Shown: piece by piece, positions 1-9,585 of the stretch
Layout: every line of letters begins with the position of its first letter
Numbering within the stretch: position 1 is the stretch's first letter
Assembly (NCBI GenBank): GCA_038211855.1
Contig: JBBQVE010000001.1
Coordinates: 95,309-159,308, forward strand
Length of the DNA: 64,000 nucleotides
Source: Candidatus Saccharimonadales bacterium
GTDB taxonomy: Bacteria > Patescibacteriota > Saccharimonadia > Saccharimonadales > SZUA-47
Direction: 5' to 3'
The notes under the pieces: model-generated
What the model was told of the DNA's origin: nothing
Seen by the model: only the letters and a program-made list of their open reading frames with translations
The model's database searches: none
Program-made: the position numbers and the translations under genes

Positions 1-396
1 ACCATTTTCAGTCATGTTTACCACGTATCAATCAATCCGATTGCCCTTGCGAGCCTCGTAGCCTTGTTTGGTATCATCCCGACAATTGGTAATATTTTGG
101 CAGCAGTCACGGTTGCAATGATTTGTTTATTTACTTCTGCGCCGCTTGCAATCACGATGCTGATTTACTTCATCATCTATCAGCAGATCGAAAATATCAC
201 GATTCAACCCTATGTGCAGTCCCGTAACAACGATTTAACGCCGATGTTAGTCTTTATTGCTGCCATCCTCGGAATCGGCTTTGGCGGCCTCTTAGGCGGT
301 TTTGTGGCCATTCCAGCAGCGGGCTGTATCAAGATTTTGCTGTCAGACTACATGGATGATCACGAGTTCAACGCATCTACCATCAAAATCGAATAA
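1..396 (+). CDS. AI-2E (PerM-like) family transporter, C-terminal part; 5' end lies outside the window
   Basis: Frame is open from nt 1. Hydrophobic helices plus a ...QQIENITIQPYVQS...AIPAAGCIKIL tail typical of AI-2E permeases. Confidence 0.7.
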   Translation, partial: TIFSHVYHVSINPIALASLVALFGIIPTIGNILAAVTVAMICLFTSAPLAITMLIYFIIYQQIENITIQPYVQSRNNDLTPMLVFIAAILGIGFGGLLGGFVAIPAAGCIKILLSDYMDDHEFNASTIKIE

Positions 397-1794
397 CTAT
401 GAGTGGTTCCAGATCTGTTGACCGGCGCTATCTTTGACTTCTACGCCTTGCTTTCTAAGGTTGTCACGAAGTTTATCGGAGGCTACCCACTCTTTGTTTT
501 TGCGGGCTTTAGCGCGCTCTATAAGTAGTTTTTTCTGTTCCACGGAGATGTCACCTCTCTTTGAAAGTGTGAGGCCGAAGAGGCCATCAATCTCCTTCGT
601 CGCAGCTGCAATTGCTTTGGAGTCGATACCGAGTTCGGTGGTACGGTTAAGCATGCCGTTTAGCAAGGCGAGGGCGTTAGGCGTGTTGAGGTTATTGCTC
701 AGTTCCCTTTTTACAGCTTTGATGGCACTTTCGTAATTTTTGGCGAGCTCTTTAGAGGTGAGATTTTGGAACTGCAAATCGGACCACGCACGGAACTTAT
801 CAAGCACATTTTGGAACGATTCGAGAATTTCCCACGTAAAGTTTCCTTCCGTTGGATAGTGTTTCGATAGCACCATCAGCTTGAAGGCTTCGAGGTCAAA
901 GCCCTTCTTTTTTATATCTGCTAAGGTGTAGGTGTTACCAAGAGATTTTGACATTTTGCCACCGTCGACTTTGAGGTGGTTATTGTGGATCCAGAATCTA
1001 GAAAACTCTTTGCCCGTAAGGGCTTCAGTTTGAGCGATTTCGTTGGTGTGGTGTACCGGAATATGGTCGACGCCACCGGCATGCATATCGATCTGGTCGC
1101 CGAGGGTTTCGCGGGCAATGACTGAACATTCCAGATGCCAACCAGGAAAGCCTTTGCCCCACGGTGTGTCCCACTCCATATCGCGTCGTTCGTCCTTTGG
1201 GCTGAACTTCCAAAGTGCAAAATCGGTGATATTCTTTTTGCCTTCCACCGACACACGAGCGCCGGCTTCGAGGCCATCGATATCTAGCCGGGCCAATTTG
1301 CCATAGTCAGTCAGTTTGCCTGTGTCAAAGTAAATACCCTCGTCCGGGATTTCATAAGTATAGCCCTTGGCTTCGAGTTCTTTCACGAATTCTATCTGTT
1401 GTGGTATGTAGTCAGTGGCGCGTTCGAGGTGTTCAGGACGCAGCAAACCGAGTTGATTGTAGCCTTCATCTTCAGCAATGGCAATGTATTTTTCGGCAAT
1501 ATCCCACGCCGTCAGGCCTTCGTTGCGGGCGCCTTTTTCCATCTTATCTTCACCATTATCGTCGTCACTGACGAGGTGCCCAACGTCAGTATAGTTCTGG
1601 GTACGTTCTACTTTGAGGCCATTTGCACGCAAGGTACGGACCAGCACATCCCAATAGATATAGCCCACCCAGTTGCCAATGTGCGGCTGGGCATAGACTG
1701 TTAAACCACAGGTATACAATTTTACTTTGCCTGGTTCGAGGGTCGTCAGCGGCTCAGTCGTGCGGGTCATTGTGTTGTATAACTGGACGCTCAT
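397..1794 (-). CDS. cysS: Cysteine--tRNA ligase
   Basis: 465 aa with class I aaRS motifs HIGN and KMSKSLGN and overall CysS-like sequence. Confidence 0.95.
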   Translation of the reverse strand: MSVQLYNTMTRTTEPLTTLEPGKVKLYTCGLTVYAQPHIGNWVGYIYWDVLVRTLRANGLKVERTQNYTDVGHLVSDDDNGEDKMEKGARNEGLTAWDIAEKYIAIAEDEGYNQLGLLRPEHLERATDYIPQQIEFVKELEAKGYTYEIPDEGIYFDTGKLTDYGKLARLDIDGLEAGARVSVEGKKNITDFALWKFSPKDERRDMEWDTPWGKGFPGWHLECSVIARETLGDQIDMHAGGVDHIPVHHTNEIAQTEALTGKEFSRFWIHNNHLKVDGGKMSKSLGNTYTLADIKKKGFDLEAFKLMVLSKHYPTEGNFTWEILESFQNVLDKFRAWSDLQFQNLTSKELAKNYESAIKAVKRELSNNLNTPNALALLNGMLNRTTELGIDSKAIAAATKEIDGLFGLTLSKRGDISVEQKKLLIERAKARKNKEWVASDKLRDNLRKQGVEVKDSAGQQIWNHS

Positions 1795-2795
1795 GCCTGT
1801 TCCTTAAGGAGTTCAGTGGCTTTTTGGATCGTTTGGCGTTTGAGGGTGGCAAAATCATCACATTTTAAAACTTTGAAACCGGCAGCATAGGGGTGTCCTC
1901 CACCACCGAAGTGAGCAGCCAGTTTATCAGCAATCTGGCCACCTGGATTACAACGGATTTTGGCGGTCACGCGGCCGTTGTTGTAGACCTTGAAAGCGAT
2001 GCAAATCTGCACGCCGATGGTCATGCGCATATCATCTATTGCCAACATTGATGGATTGTAAATACTGCTGTACTTCTCGATTTCGACCCATGGGATCATG
2101 ATGGTGGCGATGCGGCCTTGGTCATGGAGTTCGATACGCTGTAAGAGTGAGCCTTTGTAGGGCAAGAGTTCTGGCTCGCGCTTCATAAGTTCACGGCGGG
2201 CTGCATCAAGATTAGATAAGGAGACGCCAGCCTCGACAACATCAGCGATTGTTCGAATAGCGCGAACAGTTGTGCCGTCGCTGGTGAGGCCGAGACTGTC
2301 TGACATAATCGAAACAGCAATAAAGTTCATCGCTTCAACAGACAGCGGCAGGTTTTCTTGTTTGGCGAGGGCGTAAATGACTTCACCAGTCGAAACAGCA
2401 GCTTCGACGATACTGACCTTTGCGTAGTCAATACCATCAGATGTAACATGGTGATCAAGCACAATAACGGGTTTTGATTTGATCCAGCCCATTTGGCCGT
2501 TTTTGTCGAGTGATTCAAACAGGCTGAGGGTACTGGTATCGACGATAATACTCGCATCGAACTTCTGAGGTACTTCTTTTTCGACTCGATCCCAACCGCT
2601 CAAATAACGGAGGTGGGCTGGCATGTCGATGCCGCAGACCATGATCGGTGTTTTGCCCATATCGCCTAAGATAGTCTCTAGGGCCAAAGCGCTCGCTAAA
2701 GAGTCACCATCCGGATTGTCGGCTTGCAGTATGACGATCGTTTTGGCGTCATTGATGACGGCATGCGCTGCTTTGTAGAGTTCATTCATTGTCAT
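1791..2795 (-). CDS. DHH/DHHA1 phosphoesterase (NrnA-like oligoribonuclease/pAp phosphatase)
   Basis: Motifs DNPDGDSLAS, VLDHH and GGGGHPYAAGF. ATGA overlap with the cysS start. Confidence 0.8.
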   Translation of the reverse strand: MTMNELYKAAHAVINDAKTIVILQADNPDGDSLASALALETILGDMGKTPIMVCGIDMPAHLRYLSGWDRVEKEVPQKFDASIIVDTSTLSLFESLDKNGQMGWIKSKPVIVLDHHVTSDGIDYAKVSIVEAAVSTGEVIYALAKQENLPLSVEAMNFIAVSIMSDSLGLTSDGTTVRAIRTIADVVEAGVSLSNLDAARRELMKREPELLPYKGSLLQRIELHDQGRIATIMIPWVEIEKYSSIYNPSMLAIDDMRMTIGVQICIAFKVYNNGRVTAKIRCNPGGQIADKLAAHFGGGGHPYAAGFKVLKCDDFATLKRQTIQKATELLKEQA

Positions 2796-2804
2796 AAGTA
2801 TAGC

Positions 2805-3422
2805 CTATTGCAGGTTCGTACGACCCTCAAGGGCGCGGCCTAATGATATTTGGTCGGCATACTCCAAATCGACACCGACGCTGAGGCCACGGGCCAGTCT
2901 TGTTATTTTGACCCCGCTGCCTTCCAGCTGTTGCTGTAGATACAGAGAGGTCGTTTCGCCTTCCACGCTGGCGTTTGTCGCCAGAATTACTTCTTTTACT
3001 TTGTCTTTTTTGATGCGCGTCAGCAGTTGTGGGATTTTAAGATCGTCTGGTCCTACTCCGTCGATTGGCGAAATAAGTCCGCCTAGAACATGGTACGTGC
3101 CGTTGAAAAGACTGGTCTTCTCGAGAGCGACGACGTCGAACGGATCGGCCACTAATGCAACGGTGGTTTTATCTCGTGCTGGGTCGTCATACAGGCGCGA
3201 GACTGACTCGCCGGCATCAATCAAGGCAAAAGTTACTGGACAATAGCCTATACCGGCATGCAAAGATTGCAGTGCGCTTGCCAGCTTGAAACTCTTGGTG
3301 CCATCAGCTTTTAACAGATAGTAGGCATAGCGTTCGGCACTGCGCGGCCCGACGCCAGGCAAAGTTCCTAGCGCCTCAATCAGATCTTCCAAGGCTTTTG
3401 GCAATAATGACATAACTTTCAA
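2805..3422 (-). CDS. recR: Recombination protein RecR
   Basis: 205 aa with HhH LPGVGPRSAER at the N-terminus and a Toprim-like C-terminus. Note the usual C4 zinc finger looks degenerate (CPVT only). Confidence 0.9.
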   Translation of the reverse strand: MKVMSLLPKALEDLIEALGTLPGVGPRSAERYAYYLLKADGTKSFKLASALQSLHAGIGYCPVTFALIDAGESVSRLYDDPARDKTTVALVADPFDVVALEKTSLFNGTYHVLGGLISPIDGVGPDDLKIPQLLTRIKKDKVKEVILATNASVEGETTSLYLQQQLEGSGVKITRLARGLSVGVDLEYADQISLGRALEGRTNLQ

Positions 3423-3426
3423 AAAT

Positions 3427-3720
3427 CTAGAGGCCGAGGCTACCTAATGAGCCCATCATCGGCTGCATTTTGTCGGCGGCGAGTTTTTGACTGTCAGTAA
3501 TGGCCTGTTTGACGGCTTCTTCGACCCAACGCTCTAATTGGCCGATGTCATCGGTGTCAACGCTCTCAGCATCAATCGTAATCTTTTTAATCTTCATTTC
3601 GCCGTTAATTTCGACTTTGACGGCACCATAGCCGGCTTCGGCAGTAATAACTTCCTTTTGCAGCTCCTTTTGGAGCTTACGCATCTTCATTAACATCTTG
3701 GCTTGATCAAACTTGCTCAT
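3427..3720 (-). CDS. ybaB: YbaB/EbfC nucleoid-associated protein
   Basis: 97 aa with MLMKMRKLQKELQK...GAVKVEINGEMKIKKITID, lying directly upstream of recR as in the conserved ybaB-recR pair. Confidence 0.9.
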   Translation of the reverse strand: MSKFDQAKMLMKMRKLQKELQKEVITAEAGYGAVKVEINGEMKIKKITIDAESVDTDDIGQLERWVEEAVKQAITDSQKLAADKMQPMMGSLGSLGL

Positions 3721-3745
3721 GATTTTAAAATCTCCCTTTTATAGT

Positions 3746-3754
3746 ATTGTACCA
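3746..3754 (-). promoter_or_regulatory. Extended -10 promoter (TGgTACAAT) for ybaB-recR
   Basis: Minus strand reads TGGTACAAT, then about 25 nt containing the SD AGGGAGA, then the ATG at 3720. Confidence 0.45.
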
Positions 3755-3770
3755 CTTTACCCCCGTTAAA

Positions 3771-5171
3771 CTAGGGTTTTTGCGAGTAGATTGCTTTGGT
3801 TGCCGGAGCATTCTGCCAGGCGAGGTAGAAACGATTCATGTGGTACAGGCAGGCGGTCAATACAACGATGCTGAGCATGAAAGTACCCATAAAACGCGCC
3901 AGAGGATTACGCGGGAAGACACGACGCCATTCTTCAATCAAATAGGCCATTCCACTTCCAGATAACAGATATAAAAATGGCAAAAGCATGAAGAGATAGA
4001 GCTGGTTATTGTTAAGTACAGCCAGCATGATACTGGTTATGGCAGCAAAGGCATATACAATCGTTCGCTCCAACCGCAGGTGCTGGCGGTAAGCGTACAT
4101 GCCAATCAGTAACATCGTACCGGTGAAAGCATCAAGAATCGGTAGTCTACCGAGCGAATAAGCGGGGTTTTCGTTGCTGCGATAGAAAAGAGCTGACGGT
4201 ACGTCTCGAAGCGCAATGAGGCTGTTATGTAACGAATAGTGGCTTGGCAAGAGGAGCCAGTCAATTGCAAGATGGGAATCTTTGTAAAAAGAATAAATCA
4301 GCGGTCCGATCACGATTACCGCAAGTACGCTGCCGGCAATGACGGCCCAGCGCTTCATGAATTTGAAGTAACGCGGTACATCCTTCCAGAACCAGACTGC
4401 CAGCAAGACGATGAACCAGATGGCACCCGGAATGTAGAGTGCAATGGCAATAAGAACGAGCATAACGAGCGGCGCAAAACGGGCTTTTCGAGTGGTTCGG
4501 AACCACAGGACTGCCGCAGCCAACACGAGCCATGAATAAAGCAGAATAGCTGGAGTGGCGACGCGCGCAAGCGTTAAGGTTGTCGAGCTAAGGGCAAAAA
4601 GTATCGTCGTAAGACTAGCAATGCGTGGACGGTACCACTTGCGACATATGCTGTAAAAAGCATAGATTGCGCAGATTGCTAAGCCAGCACTCACAAAGCG
4701 GTGCGACTGGGCCCCTGCCCCAAATTTAATCAGCAAATATGAGAGTAATTTATATGGTAACCACAATGGATTATGTAGGATGGCGGTGAGGCTGCGGCTG
4801 TCGTGCAGAATCTGTAATTCGGCTGGGGACATACCTGGCAAAAAGCCGCGACTGCCGTAGCCATAAAGAAACATCAGCACGCCCAGAATAAAGACATACA
4901 GCGCAGCCGTCGGGCCATGGCGCACCCCGAAACTAATAAGTTTTTTCATATGTTCACGCTTAAGTATACATGGTTTGCAAACCTCGCTAAAGTCTTCATT
5001 GACAGCGATTCCTATGATTCCCCCAGGAGGGTACGGAAAACCGCAAAAGCGGCAAAGTTTCCTCGCAGCACGACAGCTGAGCCCTCCTTGGGTGAAATCA
5101 TAAGAATCGCTCCCACACTCAGTGATATCTGACGCATTACTGAAATCGGTTTGTACCTGATTCGCTTGCAA
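3771..5171 (-). CDS. Polytopic membrane protein, GT-C/ArnT-PMT-like glycosyltransferase, with a possible N-terminal CxxC...CxxC zinc ribbon
   Basis: More than 10 predicted TM helices in a GT39-like architecture. The N-terminal 74 aa contain CRFC...CKPC. The start is uncertain: TTG at 5171 or ATG at 4949. Confidence 0.55.
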   Translation of the reverse strand: MQANQVQTDFSNASDITECGSDSYDFTQGGLSCRAARKLCRFCGFPYPPGGIIGIAVNEDFSEVCKPCILKREHMKKLISFGVRHGPTAALYVFILGVLMFLYGYGSRGFLPGMSPAELQILHDSRSLTAILHNPLWLPYKLLSYLLIKFGAGAQSHRFVSAGLAICAIYAFYSICRKWYRPRIASLTTILFALSSTTLTLARVATPAILLYSWLVLAAAVLWFRTTRKARFAPLVMLVLIAIALYIPGAIWFIVLLAVWFWKDVPRYFKFMKRWAVIAGSVLAVIVIGPLIYSFYKDSHLAIDWLLLPSHYSLHNSLIALRDVPSALFYRSNENPAYSLGRLPILDAFTGTMLLIGMYAYRQHLRLERTIVYAFAAITSIMLAVLNNNQLYLFMLLPFLYLLSGSGMAYLIEEWRRVFPRNPLARFMGTFMLSIVVLTACLYHMNRFYLAWQNAPATKAIYSQKP

Positions 5172-5186
5172 TGAGTACCCAGCGGT

Positions 5187-6545
5187 CTATTCGGTGAAAG
5201 TTTCGGTGTGACGCTTGTCGATACCCTTAAACTGCTGTTTTTCGCGATCGAAGAAGATTTCGACGTGGCCGGTAGGTCCGTTACGATGTTTCTTGATGAA
5301 TAAGTCGACGATGCTGCGCCGCTCGGATTCGGGGTTATAGTAATCTTCGCGGTAAATAAAGGCTACGACGTCGGCATCCTGCTCAATAGAACCGGATTCA
5401 CGGAGGTCGGCCAGCTGTGGAATTTGTGGGCTTCGGCTTTCAACCGAACGGCTGAGCTGGCTGAGGGCGATAATTGGCACATTGAGTTCACGAGCGACAC
5501 TTTTGAGGCCACGGGAGATTTCGGAGATTTCTTGGACGCGATTGCCGTCACCACCAAACTTGCTGCCACCGCTCATCAGTTGCAAGTAGTCGACTACAAT
5601 CAGTCCGAGCGGCCTACGATGCGCCTCGCGTCGGGCCTTGGTGCGGAGGTCGCTGATAGTGAGTCCAGGTGTATCGTCGATAAACATTTGGGCTTCACTG
5701 AGCGAGCCCATGGCTTGGCCAATCTTTTCAAAATCGCTATCTGTTAAATTACCTGTACGCAGGTTCCAAGCGTCAACACCAGCTTCGGCTGCTAACAGAC
5801 GGTCGACTAATTGTTCTTTGCTCATTTCGAGCGAGAACATGACCACTGGGAAGCCGGCTTTCATGGACACATTATGGGCGAAATTAAGTGCCAAGGCAGT
5901 TTTCCCCATCGAAGGACGGGCGGCCAGAATAATCAAATCGCTTCTTTGGAAGCCGCCGAGCATGTTGTCGAGGTCACGGAAACCGGTCGGAATGCCGCGG
6001 ATTTTACCTTTGTCTTTATGTAGCTCATCCAGTCGATCAAAACTGGCACTCAAAATATCCTCGAGACTTACTAAGTCCTGCGACACATGTCGTTGGCTCA
6101 CCTCAAACAGTCGGGCTTCAGCTTCTTCTATCAGATCTTTAAAACTTCGCGCTTCGTCGTAACTGTAGCCGGTAATGTCTTGCGAGGCTTTGATAAGACG
6201 GCGGCGCATGGCCTTGGTGGCGACGATTTCGGCGTATTGCTCAACATGTGTGGCGGTTGGGACGTAGTTCGTAAGTTCGGTGATGTAGCTCGCACCGCCT
6301 ACCGTCGCAAGCAACTCCTTATTTTTGAGCTGTTCGGTGAGCGTGAGAATGTCAATCGGGCTGTGGCGCTCATAGAGACTGACCGCTGCCTCATAAATGT
6401 AGCGGTGACGTTCATCGTAAAAATCCTGCGGCTTAATCAGATCGGCAATCTTGACGATGGCTTCACTGTCAATCAATAGCGATCCAAGCAACGAGGCTTC
6501 AGCTTCGGTGCTCTGCGGCGGTATACGGGCAGCTTTGTCGTCCAT
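5187..6545 (-). CDS. dnaB: Replicative DNA helicase DnaB
   Basis: 452 aa with Walker A ARPSMGKT, the DnaB N-terminal domain PPQSTEAEASLLGSLL, and the RecA-like IVVDYLQLM. Confidence 0.96.
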   Translation of the reverse strand: MDDKAARIPPQSTEAEASLLGSLLIDSEAIVKIADLIKPQDFYDERHRYIYEAAVSLYERHSPIDILTLTEQLKNKELLATVGGASYITELTNYVPTATHVEQYAEIVATKAMRRRLIKASQDITGYSYDEARSFKDLIEEAEARLFEVSQRHVSQDLVSLEDILSASFDRLDELHKDKGKIRGIPTGFRDLDNMLGGFQRSDLIILAARPSMGKTALALNFAHNVSMKAGFPVVMFSLEMSKEQLVDRLLAAEAGVDAWNLRTGNLTDSDFEKIGQAMGSLSEAQMFIDDTPGLTISDLRTKARREAHRRPLGLIVVDYLQLMSGGSKFGGDGNRVQEISEISRGLKSVARELNVPIIALSQLSRSVESRSPQIPQLADLRESGSIEQDADVVAFIYREDYYNPESERRSIVDLFIKKHRNGPTGHVEIFFDREKQQFKGIDKRHTETFTE

Positions 6546-8021
6546 TTAATCTACCAGCTCCGCACCTTTAAATATAGCGCTGACATCTTTCAGCGAGGAG
6601 ATTTCAGTGACCGCTGGGGCTACGTCTCTGCTGACTTTAGCGGCTCGTGCAATCGGTGCCTTCGTGTCTTTCTGGTGGACTGCTTTGACTTCTATTGAAC
6701 GCCCCAGAAGTGCACTCGCTGCATCGGCAATTCGTTTTTGCGTCGCAGACTCGCTGATACGCTTTTGATGAAATGGAAAACTAAAAAATAGCGTCAGTTT
6801 GTCGCCTTCAAGTTGCGGCTGGGCCATTCTGAGGACGCTGTAGACGGTGTTGTGACTCTTCTTGATAACTGCCAGCAGTTCTTCCCAGTAGCTTTCGTCG
6901 CTCGCGCTCATCGTGACTGGATCGGGCATCAGTACAGGTTCTACTTCCGGCGCTTGTTCTTTGGCTTGCGGTTGCGGTGGCTCGGCGATTGGCTCGGACT
7001 TCGCAGGAGTCGTTTTTACAGATACCATTGCAACCGGGGCTGGGGGCACAGCGGCCCTTGGTGCGGACGGTACTGCAGCGTACTCAAAAAGGGCGAGTTC
7101 CAGCGCTATAAAGGCATCGCGTTCACCGGCTGCCGTAACCAGCTGCCGCAAAAGCGCCACGGTGTTTGTGCTGGCGCTGCCACCTGCTAAAACGTCATTA
7201 CGGATACGTTCTCCCAAAGCCAGCGCAAGCGTACCAGCATTCACACCGCCGATGCGAGCTTCAGTGAGGAGGGTTGCTATGGCTGCGACATCGCTTGTAG
7301 TTAGTGCTTCGTACAACCCGTCAACAGTCTGTGTGCCGGGTAGTCCCAACATCGCTTCAACATCCGATTTGTGAATCGCTTCACCACTACCAACCATCTG
7401 ATCTAACAGATTGATACTGTCACGGAAACTACCACCGGCGTGTTCGGCAAGTGCCGTCAGCGCCTCATCATCAATCGTAATTTTCTCTTGTTTGGCGAGG
7501 TCTTGCAGGTGACTGACGGTATCAGCCTGGTTGATGGGCTTAAAGCTAAAGCGTTGGGTACGGCTGGCGATGGTGTCGGGCACCTTATGAGCCTCGGTGG
7601 TGGCCAGAATAAACACAGCGTGGGCTGGTGGTTCCTCAAGGGTTTTTAGGAGTGCGTTAAAAGCTTCGCGTGTCAGCATATGGACTTCATCAATGATATA
7701 AACCTTGTACTTGGCGCTGGTAGGTGCGATGTGGACTTTGTCGCGCAAATCGCGGATTTCGTCGATGCGGCGGTTGCTGGCGGCATCGATTTCGATAATG
7801 TCGAGGTGCATGCTGTCGTCGGTGTAAGGCAGGCCATTGATCTCGTGCGCCAGAATGCGCGCCACCGAGGTTTTGCCTACACCGCGAGGCCCTGTGAACA
7901 GATACGCGTGACTTATTTTTCCGGAATCGAGGGCGGCACGCAAAGTACGAACGATGTGGTCCTGTCCCACGACGTCGGCGAGTCCCTTTGGCCGGTATTT
8001 CCGGTAGAGTGCAAGTCCCAT
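6546..8021 (-). CDS. dnaX: DNA polymerase III subunit gamma/tau
   Basis: GPRGVGKTS Walker A, the IIDEVHMLT box, SRTQRF, and a Pro/Ala-rich linker. Confidence 0.95.
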   Translation of the reverse strand: MGLALYRKYRPKGLADVVGQDHIVRTLRAALDSGKISHAYLFTGPRGVGKTSVARILAHEINGLPYTDDSMHLDIIEIDAASNRRIDEIRDLRDKVHIAPTSAKYKVYIIDEVHMLTREAFNALLKTLEEPPAHAVFILATTEAHKVPDTIASRTQRFSFKPINQADTVSHLQDLAKQEKITIDDEALTALAEHAGGSFRDSINLLDQMVGSGEAIHKSDVEAMLGLPGTQTVDGLYEALTTSDVAAIATLLTEARIGGVNAGTLALALGERIRNDVLAGGSASTNTVALLRQLVTAAGERDAFIALELALFEYAAVPSAPRAAVPPAPVAMVSVKTTPAKSEPIAEPPQPQAKEQAPEVEPVLMPDPVTMSASDESYWEELLAVIKKSHNTVYSVLRMAQPQLEGDKLTLFFSFPFHQKRISESATQKRIADAASALLGRSIEVKAVHQKDTKAPIARAAKVSRDVAPAVTEISSLKDVSAIFKGAELVD

Positions 8022-8110
8022 AGTCTCTATAGTATGAGGCTTGGGCGACGATTAAAGAAGTTCTACCCGCACGTAATCTTTACTACGGAAAGAGTCAATG
8101 GTGTGCACAA

Positions 8111-8842
8111 CTAAGCGTAGTCAGCGACAAAATCTGGCTGACGCGACAGCTGTTCCATCATTTCTTGGAACGTCACATCATAATAGGCGTAAACCTGTTC
8201 GGCCTGTCGCATACCTGCTTGCCCAAAACCAGCACACGTCGCATCAAGGGCAAAGCGACTGATTGGATCGCGGAGGTCATGAGTTGCTAGTGCGGCCAGA
8301 CCGGCTGTAGCTTTACGGGCGATTTGCTCTTTTGCATCAATTGTAGGTTCTATATAGAGCGTTTTAGCTTCGCCTAGTTTACGCTCGGTGAGCTCAAGAT
8401 ATTGATCATTTGCACTTTTCGCCCAGGCAACTTTTTTAACTTCTTGGGCACCAATAAGACCCATAGTGACTTTAGAGCGATTAGATATGTGCGGTGCGGT
8501 TACTACTGCCGGGCAAAGAATAAGGATAGCTGCACCATCAGCATATGTATCAGCCTGTGCGCCAAACTTCGATGTACCAAGTCCAGATTCGGGCCAACGA
8601 CGATCTATAAATCGGGCTACCTTACCTTCCATATCACTCGCACCAAGTGCCATACCCCAGAGCGTCACACCTCTTTTATCAGCGTGTAACATATAAGCTA
8701 TTCGAAATGCCATTGCAACTCGACTGGCACTCATTATTGTCGCAGGAGTAATGATGCGATCGGATGGTTCATGCTCATGTTCGATGTGTGTTGCAGCACT
8801 ATCAGTACTAATAAATTGGCGTAAACTTCCCATAGTTGGCAA
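8111..8842 (-). CDS. Divergent CDP-alcohol phosphatidyltransferase-like protein with a soluble C-terminal half
   Basis: SDMEGKVAR-x16-GAQADTYAD resembles the DGxxAR...GxxxDxxxD motif but has EG in place of DG and a longer spacer. Confidence 0.4.
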   Translation of the reverse strand: MPTMGSLRQFISTDSAATHIEHEHEPSDRIITPATIMSASRVAMAFRIAYMLHADKRGVTLWGMALGASDMEGKVARFIDRRWPESGLGTSKFGAQADTYADGAAILILCPAVVTAPHISNRSKVTMGLIGAQEVKKVAWAKSANDQYLELTERKLGEAKTLYIEPTIDAKEQIARKATAGLAALATHDLRDPISRFALDATCAGFGQAGMRQAEQVYAYYDVTFQEMMEQLSRQPDFVADYA

Positions 8843-8858
8843 TATTATAACATAATAG

Positions 8859-9455
8859 CTATTCTATAGCTACAGCTTTGGCTTTTTCCTGGGCGTAGCA
8901 GCTGGCGCAGAGACTTTCGTATTCCACAGAATGTTCACCATCGATGGCGACCTGCGAGCCCTCAAAGACAAACTGTTTATCAACTTTGCGGGCGTTAAAA
9001 AGTGCTTTCTTGCCACAGCGACAGATGGTTTTGAGCTCTTCTACTGAATGAGCGACTTCAAATAGTCGTTTTGTGCCTGGAAAAGCCAGTGTTTGGAAAT
9101 CCGAACGTAGCCCATAAGCCATGACGGGAATCTTGTCGGTGATGGTAAGATCGAGGATCTGGTCTATTTGCTCGGCTGTCAAAAACTGGGCTTCGTCGAT
9201 GAGAACACATCTGATTTTACCATCTGAATTGTGTGTTCTTACTTCTGTAGCGATATCCATTGTGCGGTTAGCTATGATGTCTACTTTACGCGACGCGCCT
9301 ATGCGAGATACGACAGTATCGGCGCCTTTACTGTCGATAGCAGGCTTTAAAATAAGCACTTTCATGCCCTGCTCTTCATAGTTGTAAGCCACTTGAATCA
9401 AAGCAGTCGTTTTGCCGCAGTTCATCGCTCCGTAGCGAAAGTATAGTTTTGCCAT
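8859..9455 (-). CDS. tdk: Thymidine kinase
   Basis: P-loop GAMNCGKT, DEAQF, and the C-terminal zinc motif CRCG...CASC. Confidence 0.95.
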   Translation of the reverse strand: MAKLYFRYGAMNCGKTTALIQVAYNYEEQGMKVLILKPAIDSKGADTVVSRIGASRKVDIIANRTMDIATEVRTHNSDGKIRCVLIDEAQFLTAEQIDQILDLTITDKIPVMAYGLRSDFQTLAFPGTKRLFEVAHSVEELKTICRCGKKALFNARKVDKQFVFEGSQVAIDGEHSVEYESLCASCYAQEKAKAVAIE

Positions 9456-9458
9456 TAC

Positions 9459-9560
9459 CTACCAGAATACAGTAAGGATTGGCGCGCACAAAGCACGAGT
9501 CCATGGTGTATTCGCTACACCGAAAACAAAGAAAAATAAGATACTTAACTGCCAAGTCAT
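9459..9560 (-). CDS. Possible 33-aa hydrophobic peptide (MTWQLSILFFFVFGVANTPWTRALCAPILTVFW)
   Basis: An ORF too small for the track. Its stop lies 3 nt before the tdk ATG. It has a single TM-like segment and a weak RBS. Confidence 0.25.
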   Translation of the reverse strand: MTWQLSILFFFVFGVANTPWTRALCAPILTVFW

Positions 9561-9585
9561 TACGCTATTGAATCCTGTTTATCCT

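Noticed and set aside
8022-8110. SRP (4.5S) RNA upstream of dnaX, a common location in other bacteria
   Set aside because: The 89-nt spacer lacks the conserved SRP domain IV motif (GGAA/AGCA symmetric loop context). It is probably only a promoter region.
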